From: Dehalococcoidia bacterium
GTDB taxonomy: Bacteria; Chloroflexota; Dehalococcoidia; Plut-88900
Assembly (NCBI GenBank): GCA_965197585.1
Contig: OZ240215.1
Span: forward strand, 544,001-608,000
Length of the DNA stretch: 64,000 nt
Direction of reading: 5' to 3'
Under the pieces are notes generated by a model. That model made no database searches. It was not told the origin of the DNA and saw only the letters and a list, made by a program, of their open reading frames with translations. The position numbers and the translations under genes were made by a program. Every line of letters starts with the position of its first letter. Position 1 is the first letter of the stretch. Below, piece after piece: positions 9,494 through 19,266 of this stretch.

Positions 9494-11746
9494 CTACCGT
9501 CTCCGGTCCCGGTTCCCCGAAAATCTGCTCTGCGGCCTGTCGCCACGTGGCGGACGCCGGTCTTGGGGTCCCCTGTCCCGGTTACCTGACCTGTAGCCCC
9601 CGCCCGACCCAGAATTGCGGTCTCCCGAATTAGATCGACCGCCTTCTGGTCCCAGTCCCGATCCGCCTTCCAGCACGGCTCTGCGGGACAGATTTATCCG
9701 CCCCATCGAGTCTATCTCAGTTACCAGCACCGCGACCTCATCCCCCACTTTAACCTCGTCCTCCACCGACTCTACCCGGTAGTCAGCCAGTTCGCTGATA
9801 TGCACCAGCCCGTCCTTGCCCGGCAGAATCTCCACGAACGCCCCGAAGTTCATAATCCGCACAACTTTGCCAGTGTACTGCTCTCCTACCTCAACCTCTT
9901 TGGTCAAACCTCTTATCATATCCGCAGCCTGTTTGGCAGCTTCGGCGTTGGACGATCCGATTATCACGGTGCCGTCGTCCTCAACGTCTATGGTCGCCCC
10001 AGTAGTCTCGACGATCGACCTTATGGTCTTGCCACCTGGCCCGATCACCAGTCCTATCTTCTCTTTGTCTATGGTTACCTTCGTCATACGCGGGGCGTAC
10101 TCGCTGAGATCCGGACGGGCCTGCTGAATAGTCTTATTCATCAGGTCCAGGACGTGCATCCGGCCTGCAACGGCCTGTTTGAGGGCTTTCTCCATTATTT
10201 CGAAGCTGAGCCCTTTGATCTTCAGGTCCATCTGCCAGCCCGTCATCCCCTTGGAGGTGCCGGCAACCTTGAAGTCCATGTCTCCCATGAAGTCCTCGAT
10301 GCCCGCTATGTCCGTCAGCACCGAGTATCGGCCGTTCTCATCGGTGATCAGGCCCATGGCCACACCAGCCACCGGACGGGATATCGGCACGCCTGCGTCC
10401 ATGAGTGCCAGACTGCTGCCACAAACGCTGGCCATCGAAGTGCTGCCGTTCGAGCTGAGGGCTTCCGAGACCAGTCTTATGGCGTAAGGGAAGTCCTCTT
10501 CACTGGGTATCACGGGAATGAGCGACTTCTCGGCCAAGGCCCCGTGGCCTATCTCCCTTCGCCCCGGCGAACCTATCCTTCCCGTCTCCCCCACACTGTA
10601 GGGCGGGAAGTTGTAGTGGTGCATGAACCGCTTTCTGGTGTGCTGGCTGATATTGTCAATCTTCTGGGCATCGCCGGCGGACGAAAGGGTCGTCACCGAT
10701 AGCACTTGGGTCTGGCCCCGGGTGAATAGCCCGCTGCCGTGAGTCCTTGGAAGTAACCCCACCTCGCATTCGATATGACGAAACTCTTCCAGATCTCGGC
10801 CATCCGGCCTTGTACCCGTGTCCAGGATGTTCGTTCGGACTATCTTCTTCACCTGCGCCCGCACCACATCCCCCACTGCCTCACCGGGGAACTTATCCGC
10901 CAGTATGGAGGCAGCTTCCTTCTCCAAGTCCTCTATCGCCGACTCCCGCTCCTCACGCCTAACCACCTTGCTGGTCGACCTCAGCCGTTCGCCGACCAGG
11001 TCCAGCACCGCCTTTTCAAGTGTGGGGTTAGTAGCCGCTGTCGCGGACAACTTCATCTTGGTCTTACCGCAGGCCGAGACCATCTCTTCCTGCAGATCGA
11101 TGACTATTAGATTGGCTTCCTGCCCGAACTTCACGGCTTCTAGGACCAGGTCATCGGGCAACTCGTTGACGCCTGCCTCCACCATCACTACCGCATCCTT
11201 ATTCCCGACGACCACCAAGTCTAGATCGCTCTTAAGAAGTTGAGTATAGGTGGGGTTCAGCACGAATTCCCCGTCGATGTAACCCACCCGGGACCCGCCG
11301 ATCGGCCCGTCGAACGGTATCTCCGATATGGAAAGCGCAGCGGACGCCCCGATTGTCGCCGGTATCGAGGGCTCGTGTTCCCGGTCTGTCGAAAGCACGG
11401 TGGCGATTATCTGGACGTCGTTGCGTAATCCCTTGGGGAAAAGTGGCCTAAGCGGCCGGTCGATCATTCGCCCGGTGAGTATGGCATCGACCCCCGGTCT
11501 CCCTTCTCTTTTGAAGAAGCTGCCGGGAATCTTGCCGGCCGCGTAGTGTCGTTCTTCCAAGTCGATGGTCAGAGGGAGGAAGTCGATGCCGGGTCGGGGT
11601 TGCGCCGATACGCAGGCAGTTACCAGGACTACGGTGTCGCCATATACGACAGTGACCGAGCCGTGGGCCTGATTTGCGAGCTTCCCTGTGCCTAGATAAA
11701 GGGGTAGGCCGCCCAAGTCTCGTTGAAAGGTTTTAGCTGATGTCAA
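9494..11746 (-). CDS. pnp: Polyribonucleotide nucleotidyltransferase
   Basis: RREIGHG, SNGSTSMAS, GDMDFKVAG, KH and S1 domains; follows rpsO; TTG start. Confidence 0.98.
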   Translation of the reverse strand: MTSAKTFQRDLGGLPLYLGTGKLANQAHGSVTVVYGDTVVLVTACVSAQPRPGIDFLPLTIDLEERHYAAGKIPGSFFKREGRPGVDAILTGRMIDRPLRPLFPKGLRNDVQIIATVLSTDREHEPSIPATIGASAALSISEIPFDGPIGGSRVGYIDGEFVLNPTYTQLLKSDLDLVVVGNKDAVVMVEAGVNELPDDLVLEAVKFGQEANLIVIDLQEEMVSACGKTKMKLSATAATNPTLEKAVLDLVGERLRSTSKVVRREERESAIEDLEKEAASILADKFPGEAVGDVVRAQVKKIVRTNILDTGTRPDGRDLEEFRHIECEVGLLPRTHGSGLFTRGQTQVLSVTTLSSAGDAQKIDNISQHTRKRFMHHYNFPPYSVGETGRIGSPGRREIGHGALAEKSLIPVIPSEEDFPYAIRLVSEALSSNGSTSMASVCGSSLALMDAGVPISRPVAGVAMGLITDENGRYSVLTDIAGIEDFMGDMDFKVAGTSKGMTGWQMDLKIKGLSFEIMEKALKQAVAGRMHVLDLMNKTIQQARPDLSEYAPRMTKVTIDKEKIGLVIGPGGKTIRSIVETTGATIDVEDDGTVIIGSSNAEAAKQAADMIRGLTKEVEVGEQYTGKVVRIMNFGAFVEILPGKDGLVHISELADYRVESVEDEVKVGDEVAVLVTEIDSMGRINLSRRAVLEGGSGLGPEGGRSNSGDRNSGSGGGYRSGNRDRGPQDRRPPRGDRPQSRFSGNRDRRR

Positions 11747-11775
11747 GTATGGTCCGTATCAGGCCGTCCACAGAT

Positions 11776-12039
11776 CTATCTTCTCAGTCCCAACCTGGAG
11801 ATCATGGAGCGGTAGCGCGCCACATCCTCACGGTTCAGGTACTCGAGAAGCCGCCTGCGCTGGCCAACAAGTTTAAGCAGACCCCGCTGGCTGTGATAAT
11901 CGTGCTTGTGAATTCTCAGATGCCCGGTGATAGACCCTATCCTGTTTGTCAGTAGGGCTATCTGCACTTCTGCCGACCCTGAGTCGCTTTCGTGAAGCTG
12001 GTACGAACCGATTATTTCTTGCTTTAGCTGTGGGTCCAA
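11776..12039 (-). CDS. rpsO: 30S ribosomal protein S15
   Basis: [35 protein letters not shown]; TTG start with AGGAG SD. Confidence 0.98.
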   Translation of the reverse strand: MDPQLKQEIIGSYQLHESDSGSAEVQIALLTNRIGSITGHLRIHKHDYHSQRGLLKLVGQRRRLLEYLNREDVARYRSMISRLGLRR

Positions 12040-12351
12040 AAAATCTAAATCTCCTAGTTTTCGGGGCGCAGTATAACACAGCCCCTATACCCGCGCAAAA
12101 CCTCCTTGTCCTCAACCTCTGACCATTCTTCATATCGCTGACGATGTGTCAAAATATGTACTGGTTGCTTGACTCTTCCAATAATTGCCTGGGGACATCC
12201 ACTTCTTTTCGGACGTGAAAAACACACTGCGTTTGTCCATTTCCACATTAACCTCTCTGGGAATGGGCAGAGGAACATCCTTATCCCCTTGCATTCCGAA
12301 TCATAAACCCCATACAATGCCTTATCCTCATTGCGGTAACGTTGCCTTACC

Positions 12352-12380
12352 TTTACACCCCACCAAGCGTTAAATATAAT
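12352..12380 (+). promoter_or_regulatory. Sigma-70 promoter of rpsA
   Basis: TTTACA-17 nt-TATAAT ending 13 nt before the ATG. Confidence 0.65.
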
Positions 12381-12393
12381 TGAATACAAGCTT

Positions 12394-13593
12394 ATGAATG
12401 ATTCCGAAGGACAAGAGACCGAACCCCAGGACAGTTCCTCCTACGGAATGCAGCAACTGCTGGACGAGGCCGAAAACGTCGCCACCATTAGACGCGGCGA
12501 CATAGTCAAGGGCGTCATCGTTCAGAAAGACCGCGAGGGCCTCCTGGTCGATATCGGCGCAAAGACCGAAGGCATGGTCCCCGTCCGTGAGATGCGCACC
12601 TTCTCCGCCGAGGAGATCGAGGCCCTTAGCCTCGGTGACGACGTCCTAGTATACGTAGTCCAGTCCGACGAGAGCGAAGGCCAGATATACCTCTCCGTGG
12701 ACCGCGCCCAAGGCGAGAAGGGCTGGCACGTCCTCCAGGAGAACTTCGATAACGGAGACGTCATAGAGGGCGAGGCCGTTGACTTCAACAAAGGGGGCCT
12801 CCTGGTCAACGTAGAGGGCGTGCGGGGCTTCGTCCCCATGTCGCAGCTGTCCAGACCCATCGTCTTCGATCCCTCTGCCGACCCAAACCGCAATCCGCTA
12901 TCCGACCTCGTAGGCAATAAGCTAAAGCTAAGAGTCATCGAAATCAACCGGCGTCGCAACCGCCTCATCCTTTCCGAAAAGCAGGTAATGCGGCAGCAGA
13001 GGGAAGAGCAACGGCAAGCTCTCTTCGCTGAATTGGAGACCGGCCAGGTCCGCAAAGGGCGAGTTACTGGCATTCGGGAATTCGGCGCATTCGTCGACAT
13101 CGGCGGGGTCGATGGCCTAGTTCACCTCTCTGAGTTCTCTTGGGGCCAGGTAGAGCCTCCCGAAAAATCCCTCGCCATCGGCGACGAGGTGGACGTTTTT
13201 GTCCTTAGAGTAGACCGAGAGTCCATGAAAGTCGCCCTGAGCTTCCGGCGCCTCCATCCCGAGCCTTGGGAGTCAATCCACGAAAAATATCACGTTGGTC
13301 AGACCGTCACCGCCACTGTCACCAAGGTCACCACTTTTGGAGCCTTTGCACGGCTAGACCCCGCGATAGAAGGGCTAGTCCATATTTCAGAGCTAAGTGA
13401 CGGCCCTGTGCGTCACCCCTCCGACATCGTCTCCGAGGGCCAGGAGTTGACCCTTAAAATCTTGAGAATAGAGCCCGAAAGAAGACGCCTCGCCCTCAGC
13501 CTTAAGCAGGTCGGATCATACGGTTTCGCTGAGCGCTACCGGGATGAGTTCTACGGCTCGTCCGACATGGGGGACGGAGATTACGACGACTAG
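12394..13593 (+). CDS. rpsA: 30S ribosomal protein S1 (four S1 domains)
   Basis: Repeated S1 motifs (GLLVDIG, GGLLVNVEGVRGFVP, FGAFVDIGGVDGLVHLSE, FGAFARL...GLVHISE). Confidence 0.93.
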   Translation: MNDSEGQETEPQDSSSYGMQQLLDEAENVATIRRGDIVKGVIVQKDREGLLVDIGAKTEGMVPVREMRTFSAEEIEALSLGDDVLVYVVQSDESEGQIYLSVDRAQGEKGWHVLQENFDNGDVIEGEAVDFNKGGLLVNVEGVRGFVPMSQLSRPIVFDPSADPNRNPLSDLVGNKLKLRVIEINRRRNRLILSEKQVMRQQREEQRQALFAELETGQVRKGRVTGIREFGAFVDIGGVDGLVHLSEFSWGQVEPPEKSLAIGDEVDVFVLRVDRESMKVALSFRRLHPEPWESIHEKYHVGQTVTATVTKVTTFGAFARLDPAIEGLVHISELSDGPVRHPSDIVSEGQELTLKILRIEPERRRLALSLKQVGSYGFAERYRDEFYGSSDMGDGDYDD

Positions 13594-13649
13594 TACGGCA
13601 ATAACCCACTTATTGGACGTAGTAACCTTCGTCCAGTTGGGAGCGTCAC

Positions 13650-16106
13650 ATGGCCAGTAGATTTGAGAAGTTTTCCGAAAGCGCCCGAAAAGTCCTTTCC
13701 CTGGCGCAAGAGGAAGCCCAACAGTTTAACCACAACTATATAGGCACCGAGCATATTCTCCTGGGTTTGGTTAGGGAACAAGAGTGTGTCGCTGCCAAAG
13801 TATTGGTTAATCTCGGCGTACAGCTCAACAAGGTCAGGTCTGCCGTCGAGTTCATCATCGGTCGTGGGGAGAGAGCTGCCAGCGGCGAGATCGGTCTCAC
13901 TCCCCGGGCCAAAAAGGTCATTGAGCTCTCCGTAGACGAAGCCCGACGCCTCAACCATCAGTACATTGGCACCGAGCATCTCCTCATCGGACTCCTCCGG
14001 GAGGGTGATGGAGTAGCAGCCGGTGTCCTTGAAAGCCTAGGCGTCAATCTCGAAAAAGCCCGCGCCGAGACCACCCGGCTCCTCAGCCAGTCTCAGTCCC
14101 AGGCACAATCCTCTCGTGGCGCCGCCCGGACCCCGACCCTTGACCAGCTGGGCGTCGACTTAACACAGAAGGCCAGGAACGGGGTTTTGGATCCCGTTAT
14201 CGGACGCAGTAAAGAAATCGAAAGGGTCATACAGATCCTCAGTCGGCGAACCAAGAACAACCCTGTTCTCATAGGCGAGCCGGGTGTGGGCAAGAGCTCC
14301 ATTGTCGAGGCCCTTGCCCAGCAAATTGCGTCATCTGATGTCCCAGATACCCTACAGGGGAAACGCTTGGTCACCCTTGACGTCGGCGCCCTGGTAGCTG
14401 GAACCAAGTACCGCGGTGAGTTCGAAGAGCGCCTTCGCAAGGTGATCGATGAGATAAAGAGCTCCGGCAACTGTGTCCTATTTATTGATGAAATGCACAC
14501 CATCGTTGGCGCAGGTGCCGCCGAAGGCGCAGTAGACGCCGCCAACATGCTCAAGCCCGCCCTTGCCCGCGGCGAACTCCAGTGTATCGGTGCTACTACC
14601 CTGGACGACTACCGTAAGCAGGTGGAAAGGGACCCTGCCCTGGAACGCCGTTTCCAGCCCATCAGGGTAGAGGAACCCTCAGTTGAGGAGACCGTAGAAA
14701 TCCTCCGAGGCCTGAAGACCCGCTATGAGGACCACCACGACCTGAATATCACCGACGAAGCGATCCAGGAGGCTGCTAACCTCGCCTCCCGATATATCAC
14801 TGACCGCTTCCTTCCGGACAAGGGCATAGACGTTATAGACGAAGCTTCCTCCCGAGTTCGTATCCGCAACTCGACCATGCCCGTCTACCTCAAAGATGCC
14901 ATGATTGCTCTTGAATCGGTCAAGAAGGACAAGGAGACTGCCATCCAGTCTCAGAAGTACGAGGCTGCTGCCCAACTACGGGAGCAGGAGTTGTCCCTCG
15001 CCGATGAGTTGGAAGGCATGGAGACCGAGTGGAAGTCCGAGCGGACCCAGGACAGGCCTAATGTCACCGCCGACGATGTTGCCGAGGTCGTCAGCATGTG
15101 GACGGGCATTCCCGTCACCCGGCTCGCCACCGAGGAAATCGAGCGCCTCCTCAAAATGGAAGAGGCCCTTCACGAAAAGATCATCGGCCAGGACGAGGCT
15201 ATCAATGTCGTTGCAAAGGCCGTACGCAGGGCGCGGGCCGGTCTCAAGGACCGCCGCCGGCCCATAGGAAACTTCATCTTCCTCGGCCCCACCGGTGTTG
15301 GCAAGACCTATCTGGTCCGTGCCCTCGCCGAGTTCATGTTCGGATCCGAGGAGTCCCTCATCAGGATCGACATGTCCGAGTTCATGGAGCGCCACGCCGT
15401 CGCTCGATTGGTCGGCGCTCCTCCCGGATACATCGGCTATGAGGAGGGTGGTCAGCTCACCGAGGCAGTCCGCCGACGCTCTTACTCGGCCATCCTTCTG
15501 GACGAAATCGAGAAGGCTCACCCGGACGTCTTCAACTTGCTCCTCCAGATATTCGATGATGGCCATTTGACCGATGCCAAAGGCCGCAAAGTCGACTTCC
15601 GGAACAGCATTGTCGTCATGACAAGCAACATCGGCGCCGAGCTTATTAAGCGCGATAACTCCCTCGGCTTCTCGATCACAATGGATGAAAATGAGGCCTC
15701 CCGCGAGTCATACGAGCGGATGAAGGACAAGGTCCTTACCGAGGTCAAGCGCTTCTTCCGACCTGAGTTCCTTAACCGTATCGATGGCATAGTGGTATTC
15801 CACGCCCTCACCAGGGATCACATTCTGCAGATCGTGGACCTCCTCCTTGATGAGGTACGGGCCAATCTGACCGAAAAGGGCGTCAGTCTGGAGATTTCCG
15901 ATGGCGCGAAGGAGCTCCTCGCAGTCCGGGGCTACGATCCCACCTTCGGTGCCAGACCTCTGAAACGCGTCATTCAGGATGTCGTCGAAGACCCCCTATC
16001 CGAGCAACTGCTGCAGGGTCGTTTTGGCCCCGGAGACACTGTCTTCATTGATGTCGATGGCGGGGAGATCACCGTCGGCCCCGTCGCCGAGCTGGCTAAA
16101 ACCTAA
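13650..16106 (+). CDS. clpC: ATP-dependent Clp protease ATPase subunit ClpC
   Basis: Two Clp-N repeats, GEPGVGKS and GPTGVGKT Walker A motifs, UVR middle domain, GFS loop. Confidence 0.96.
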   Translation: MASRFEKFSESARKVLSLAQEEAQQFNHNYIGTEHILLGLVREQECVAAKVLVNLGVQLNKVRSAVEFIIGRGERAASGEIGLTPRAKKVIELSVDEARRLNHQYIGTEHLLIGLLREGDGVAAGVLESLGVNLEKARAETTRLLSQSQSQAQSSRGAARTPTLDQLGVDLTQKARNGVLDPVIGRSKEIERVIQILSRRTKNNPVLIGEPGVGKSSIVEALAQQIASSDVPDTLQGKRLVTLDVGALVAGTKYRGEFEERLRKVIDEIKSSGNCVLFIDEMHTIVGAGAAEGAVDAANMLKPALARGELQCIGATTLDDYRKQVERDPALERRFQPIRVEEPSVEETVEILRGLKTRYEDHHDLNITDEAIQEAANLASRYITDRFLPDKGIDVIDEASSRVRIRNSTMPVYLKDAMIALESVKKDKETAIQSQKYEAAAQLREQELSLADELEGMETEWKSERTQDRPNVTADDVAEVVSMWTGIPVTRLATEEIERLLKMEEALHEKIIGQDEAINVVAKAVRRARAGLKDRRRPIGNFIFLGPTGVGKTYLVRALAEFMFGSEESLIRIDMSEFMERHAVARLVGAPPGYIGYEEGGQLTEAVRRRSYSAILLDEIEKAHPDVFNLLLQIFDDGHLTDAKGRKVDFRNSIVVMTSNIGAELIKRDNSLGFSITMDENEASRESYERMKDKVLTEVKRFFRPEFLNRIDGIVVFHALTRDHILQIVDLLLDEVRANLTEKGVSLEISDGAKELLAVRGYDPTFGARPLKRVIQDVVEDPLSEQLLQGRFGPGDTVFIDVDGGEITVGPVAELAKT

Positions 16107-16135
16107 GCCACGCCCCCTGGTTAATTTGAGAATCT

Positions 16136-16170
16136 GGAGGGAAGCCCCACGGGGCTTCCCTCCTTTATTT
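16136..16170 (+). terminator. Rho-independent terminator after clpC
   Basis: GGAGGGAAGCCCC-ac-GGGGCTTCCCTCC followed by TTTATTT. Confidence 0.75.
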
Positions 16171-16202
16171 CACCTCTAACCACGCCGTAACCACACAAGC
16201 CA

Positions 16203-17588
16203 ATGCCGAAAGCCCAATCCAAGGCCACCTATGTCTGCAACGAATGCGGGGCGGATAGCCCCCGCTGGGAAGGCCGATGCTCCAGGTGCGGCACGTGGAA
16301 CAGCTTGAAGGAAGTCGTCCAACGGGCCTCTCGACCCGGCTCAACAGGCCCCCCACCCCTCGCCCGACCCCCCGTAGAGCTCGTCTCCGTTACCACTACA
16401 GGCCATGACCGTATGTCGCTAGCATCTGCCGAGTTCTCTCGCGTATTGGGCGGGGGCATAGTCCCAGGATCACTCGTTCTTCTTGGCGGCGAACCTGGCA
16501 TCGGCAAGTCTACGCTGCTCCTCCAGGCCGCAGCCGATATCGCCGGACGCGGGTCTCGGGTCCTCTACGTCTCCGGCGAGGAGTCTGAGCAACAGATCAG
16601 GATGCGGGCTACCAGGCTCGGTATCACGGGGCACAATCTCTTTGTCAACGCCTCCAATGACTTGGATGCCGCCCTGCGTTATATGGACGAGACTTCCCCC
16701 AACCTGGCTATCGTTGATTCCATTCAGACCGTTTTTCTTAGCGAAGTCGGGAGTACTCCCGGAAGCGTCGGTCAGATTAGGGAAGCCACCTGGCGTCTCA
16801 TGGAATGGAGCAAGAACTCGGGCATTCCCGTCATGATCTCTGGGCACGTGACCAAGGAAGGGAACATTGCCGGTCCCCGAATGCTGGAGCACATGGTAGA
16901 CGTCGTCCTCTATCTAGAAGGCGACGTCTATAGCCCGTACCGGCTCCTGCGCGGTGAGAAAAACCGCTTCGGGTCCACAAATGAGGTTGGTATTTTCGAA
17001 ATGGCGGAATCCGGCCTGATCGATGTCCTGGACCCCTCCCGAGCCCTCCTCTCCGAGCACAAGTCAGGCGGGATTGGCTCGGTCATCGTCCCAGTCATGG
17101 AAGGGACCCGACCTCTCTTGGTCGAGGTCCAGGCCCTCACCAATATGACTCCCTTTAACCTCCCCCGGCGCACCGCCAACGGCATAGACGTCAATCGCCT
17201 TCTTCTCATCACCGCCGTCCTCAGCAAACGATTGGGTGCCCGACTCTCCAATCAGGACGTTCTTGTCAACGTTGTAGGTGGAATCCGAATCCGGGAACCT
17301 TCTGCCGATCTCGCCGTGGCCCTCGCGATCCTTTCCAGCCTGAAGGATAGGCCCGTTCGAGACGGTCTTATCGCCGTTGGTGAGATCGGGTTGGGGGGTG
17401 AATTGCGCTCTGCGAGCCATCTGTCCCGACGCCTCCAGGAAGCCACCCAGCTTGGCCTTGATACAGGTATAATACCCACGTCGACTCCCAAGGGATTCAC
17501 AGCGCCCGATAAGATGGAACTTATTAAGGTGTCCAATCTCGCCGAAGCGGCGAGGGCCGCACTAGAGACCCGGAACCCTATAACATGA
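16203..17588 (+). CDS. radA: DNA repair protein RadA/Sms
   Basis: CxxC...CxxC Zn finger, GEPGIGKST, KNRFG, C-terminal Lon-like domain. Confidence 0.97.
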   Translation: MPKAQSKATYVCNECGADSPRWEGRCSRCGTWNSLKEVVQRASRPGSTGPPPLARPPVELVSVTTTGHDRMSLASAEFSRVLGGGIVPGSLVLLGGEPGIGKSTLLLQAAADIAGRGSRVLYVSGEESEQQIRMRATRLGITGHNLFVNASNDLDAALRYMDETSPNLAIVDSIQTVFLSEVGSTPGSVGQIREATWRLMEWSKNSGIPVMISGHVTKEGNIAGPRMLEHMVDVVLYLEGDVYSPYRLLRGEKNRFGSTNEVGIFEMAESGLIDVLDPSRALLSEHKSGGIGSVIVPVMEGTRPLLVEVQALTNMTPFNLPRRTANGIDVNRLLLITAVLSKRLGARLSNQDVLVNVVGGIRIREPSADLAVALAILSSLKDRPVRDGLIAVGEIGLGGELRSASHLSRRLQEATQLGLDTGIIPTSTPKGFTAPDKMELIKVSNLAEAARAALETRNPIT

Positions 17589-18454
17589 CCTCAGCAGTAG
17601 GCACATCCGAAAAAGCCGCCCGTCTCCACCGAATCCTGGAGGACATGGGATCCGTAGTTGTTGCCTACTCAGGCGGGGTCGATAGCGCATTTCTAGCCGT
17701 CGAAGCCCACGCTGCGCTGGGAGACCGTGCACTTGCCATAACAGCCGACTCCCCCAGCATCCCCCGCTCCGAGCTTAAAGACGCCCAATCCATCGCCAGC
17801 CAATTCGGATTCCAACACCGCGTTATAGACACCTTTGAGACCCAGGACCCCCGTTACCAGGAAAACAGTCCTCAGCGCTGTTTTTTCTGCAAGGGTGAGC
17901 TCTACTCTCGTCTGCTCCCAATCGCAGAGCAGGAAGGTTTCGACTGGGTGGCAAACGGCACCAACTCCGACGACCTGGGAGACTTCCGCCCCGGCCTCGA
18001 TGCCGCCCGCCGTTCCAATGTGCGCAGCCCCCTCTGCGAAGCCGAACTTACCAAGAGCGAGATCAGGCAGCTTTCCAAAGAGCGCGGGCTTCCCACCTGG
18101 GACAAGCCCGCCATGGCCTGCCTTGCCTCCCGTGTCCCTTATGGCGACAAGGTGACAGTTGAAGTTCTCCGCCAGATCGAGGCAGCCGAAGACTACCTGC
18201 GAAACCTCGGTATCCGAGACCTGCGCGTCCGGCACCACGACCGCATCGCCAGGATAGAGGTTGACGACGCTGGTTTCAGCCTTCTAGCCAAACAGGATGT
18301 GCGCCGAGACTTGGTCCGGCACTTCCGCACCCTCGGCTATACCTACGTCACTTTAGACATGTCGGGTTTCCGGTCCGGCAGCCTCAACGAGGTGCTGCAA
18401 CTCTCCCGGAAGTATTCTGGAGCCCCCGTCTCTTCTGCCAAGAGCAGGGGGTAG
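17585..18454 (+). CDS. larE: ATP-dependent sulfur transferase LarE (CxxC-C, Fe-S type)
   Basis: PP-loop SGGVDS, RCFFCK, DFRPG, WDKPAMACLASRVPYG, GFRSGSLN. Confidence 0.93.
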   Translation: MTSAVGTSEKAARLHRILEDMGSVVVAYSGGVDSAFLAVEAHAALGDRALAITADSPSIPRSELKDAQSIASQFGFQHRVIDTFETQDPRYQENSPQRCFFCKGELYSRLLPIAEQEGFDWVANGTNSDDLGDFRPGLDAARRSNVRSPLCEAELTKSEIRQLSKERGLPTWDKPAMACLASRVPYGDKVTVEVLRQIEAAEDYLRNLGIRDLRVRHHDRIARIEVDDAGFSLLAKQDVRRDLVRHFRTLGYTYVTLDMSGFRSGSLNEVLQLSRKYSGAPVSSAKSRG

Positions 18455-18489
18455 TTTTACTCTCGGCCACGCCCCACTCCTCCCCTGCC

Positions 18490-19266
18490 ATGAGCTATCT
18501 ATTCGGAGATTCAGCAAGGGCGCAACGCAGGTTGGACATCCTTGCCCGCACTTTCGAGGCGCCAACCCGCGAATTCCTTGCCAACTTTGAGCCCTCGTCC
18601 ACGGACCTTGCCCTCGACTTGGGCTGTGGGCCGGGCCACACCACCCGTCTCATCGCCGACCTCCTCCCCTTCGATAAAATCGTCGGACTAGACAAATCTT
18701 CTCAATTCGTATCTTCCGCCTCCCGGTCGTCTCCGTCTCGGGTCTCCTTCATCAACCACGATGTCACCGTTGTGCCCTTTCCTATTCCGTCCGCCGATCT
18801 CATCTTCTGCCGCTTCCTGCTTCCCCATCTCCCAAACCCCATGCAAGCCTTGGTCGGCTGGGCCTCCCAGCTCTCCACTGAAGGTGTTCTCCTCGTGGAG
18901 GAAGTAGACTGGATCCATACTGAGAATCCCGTCCTGGACTCCTATCTCACCACTCTGGCCCGAGTCCTGGACGCCCAAGGCACGGCCCTATGTGCTGGGG
19001 CCCAACTTACAAACCTGCCGGACGAGGCGCCCCTCAGAATCGCCTCGGACAGCATTAGCCGCCTCCCAGTTTCTAACTGTGACGCCGCTGCCATGTTCTC
19101 CATGAACATACGGGCCTGGGGCGCCACCCACCCCGCCATATCCCTTTACAGCACATCGTTTCTGAAGTCCCTCCACAACGACCTTGAACGTATGGCTCAA
19201 GATTCCCCTGTTGAAGACTCCGACATAGAATGGGGCATGAGACAAATGGTTCTGGAGCCGGCATGA
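18490..19266 (+). CDS. Class I SAM-dependent methyltransferase
   Basis: LDLGCGPGHTT motif I, ADLIFCRFLLPHL; stop overlaps larC ATG. Confidence 0.85.
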   Translation: MSYLFGDSARAQRRLDILARTFEAPTREFLANFEPSSTDLALDLGCGPGHTTRLIADLLPFDKIVGLDKSSQFVSSASRSSPSRVSFINHDVTVVPFPIPSADLIFCRFLLPHLPNPMQALVGWASQLSTEGVLLVEEVDWIHTENPVLDSYLTTLARVLDAQGTALCAGAQLTNLPDEAPLRIASDSISRLPVSNCDAAAMFSMNIRAWGATHPAISLYSTSFLKSLHNDLERMAQDSPVEDSDIEWGMRQMVLEPA

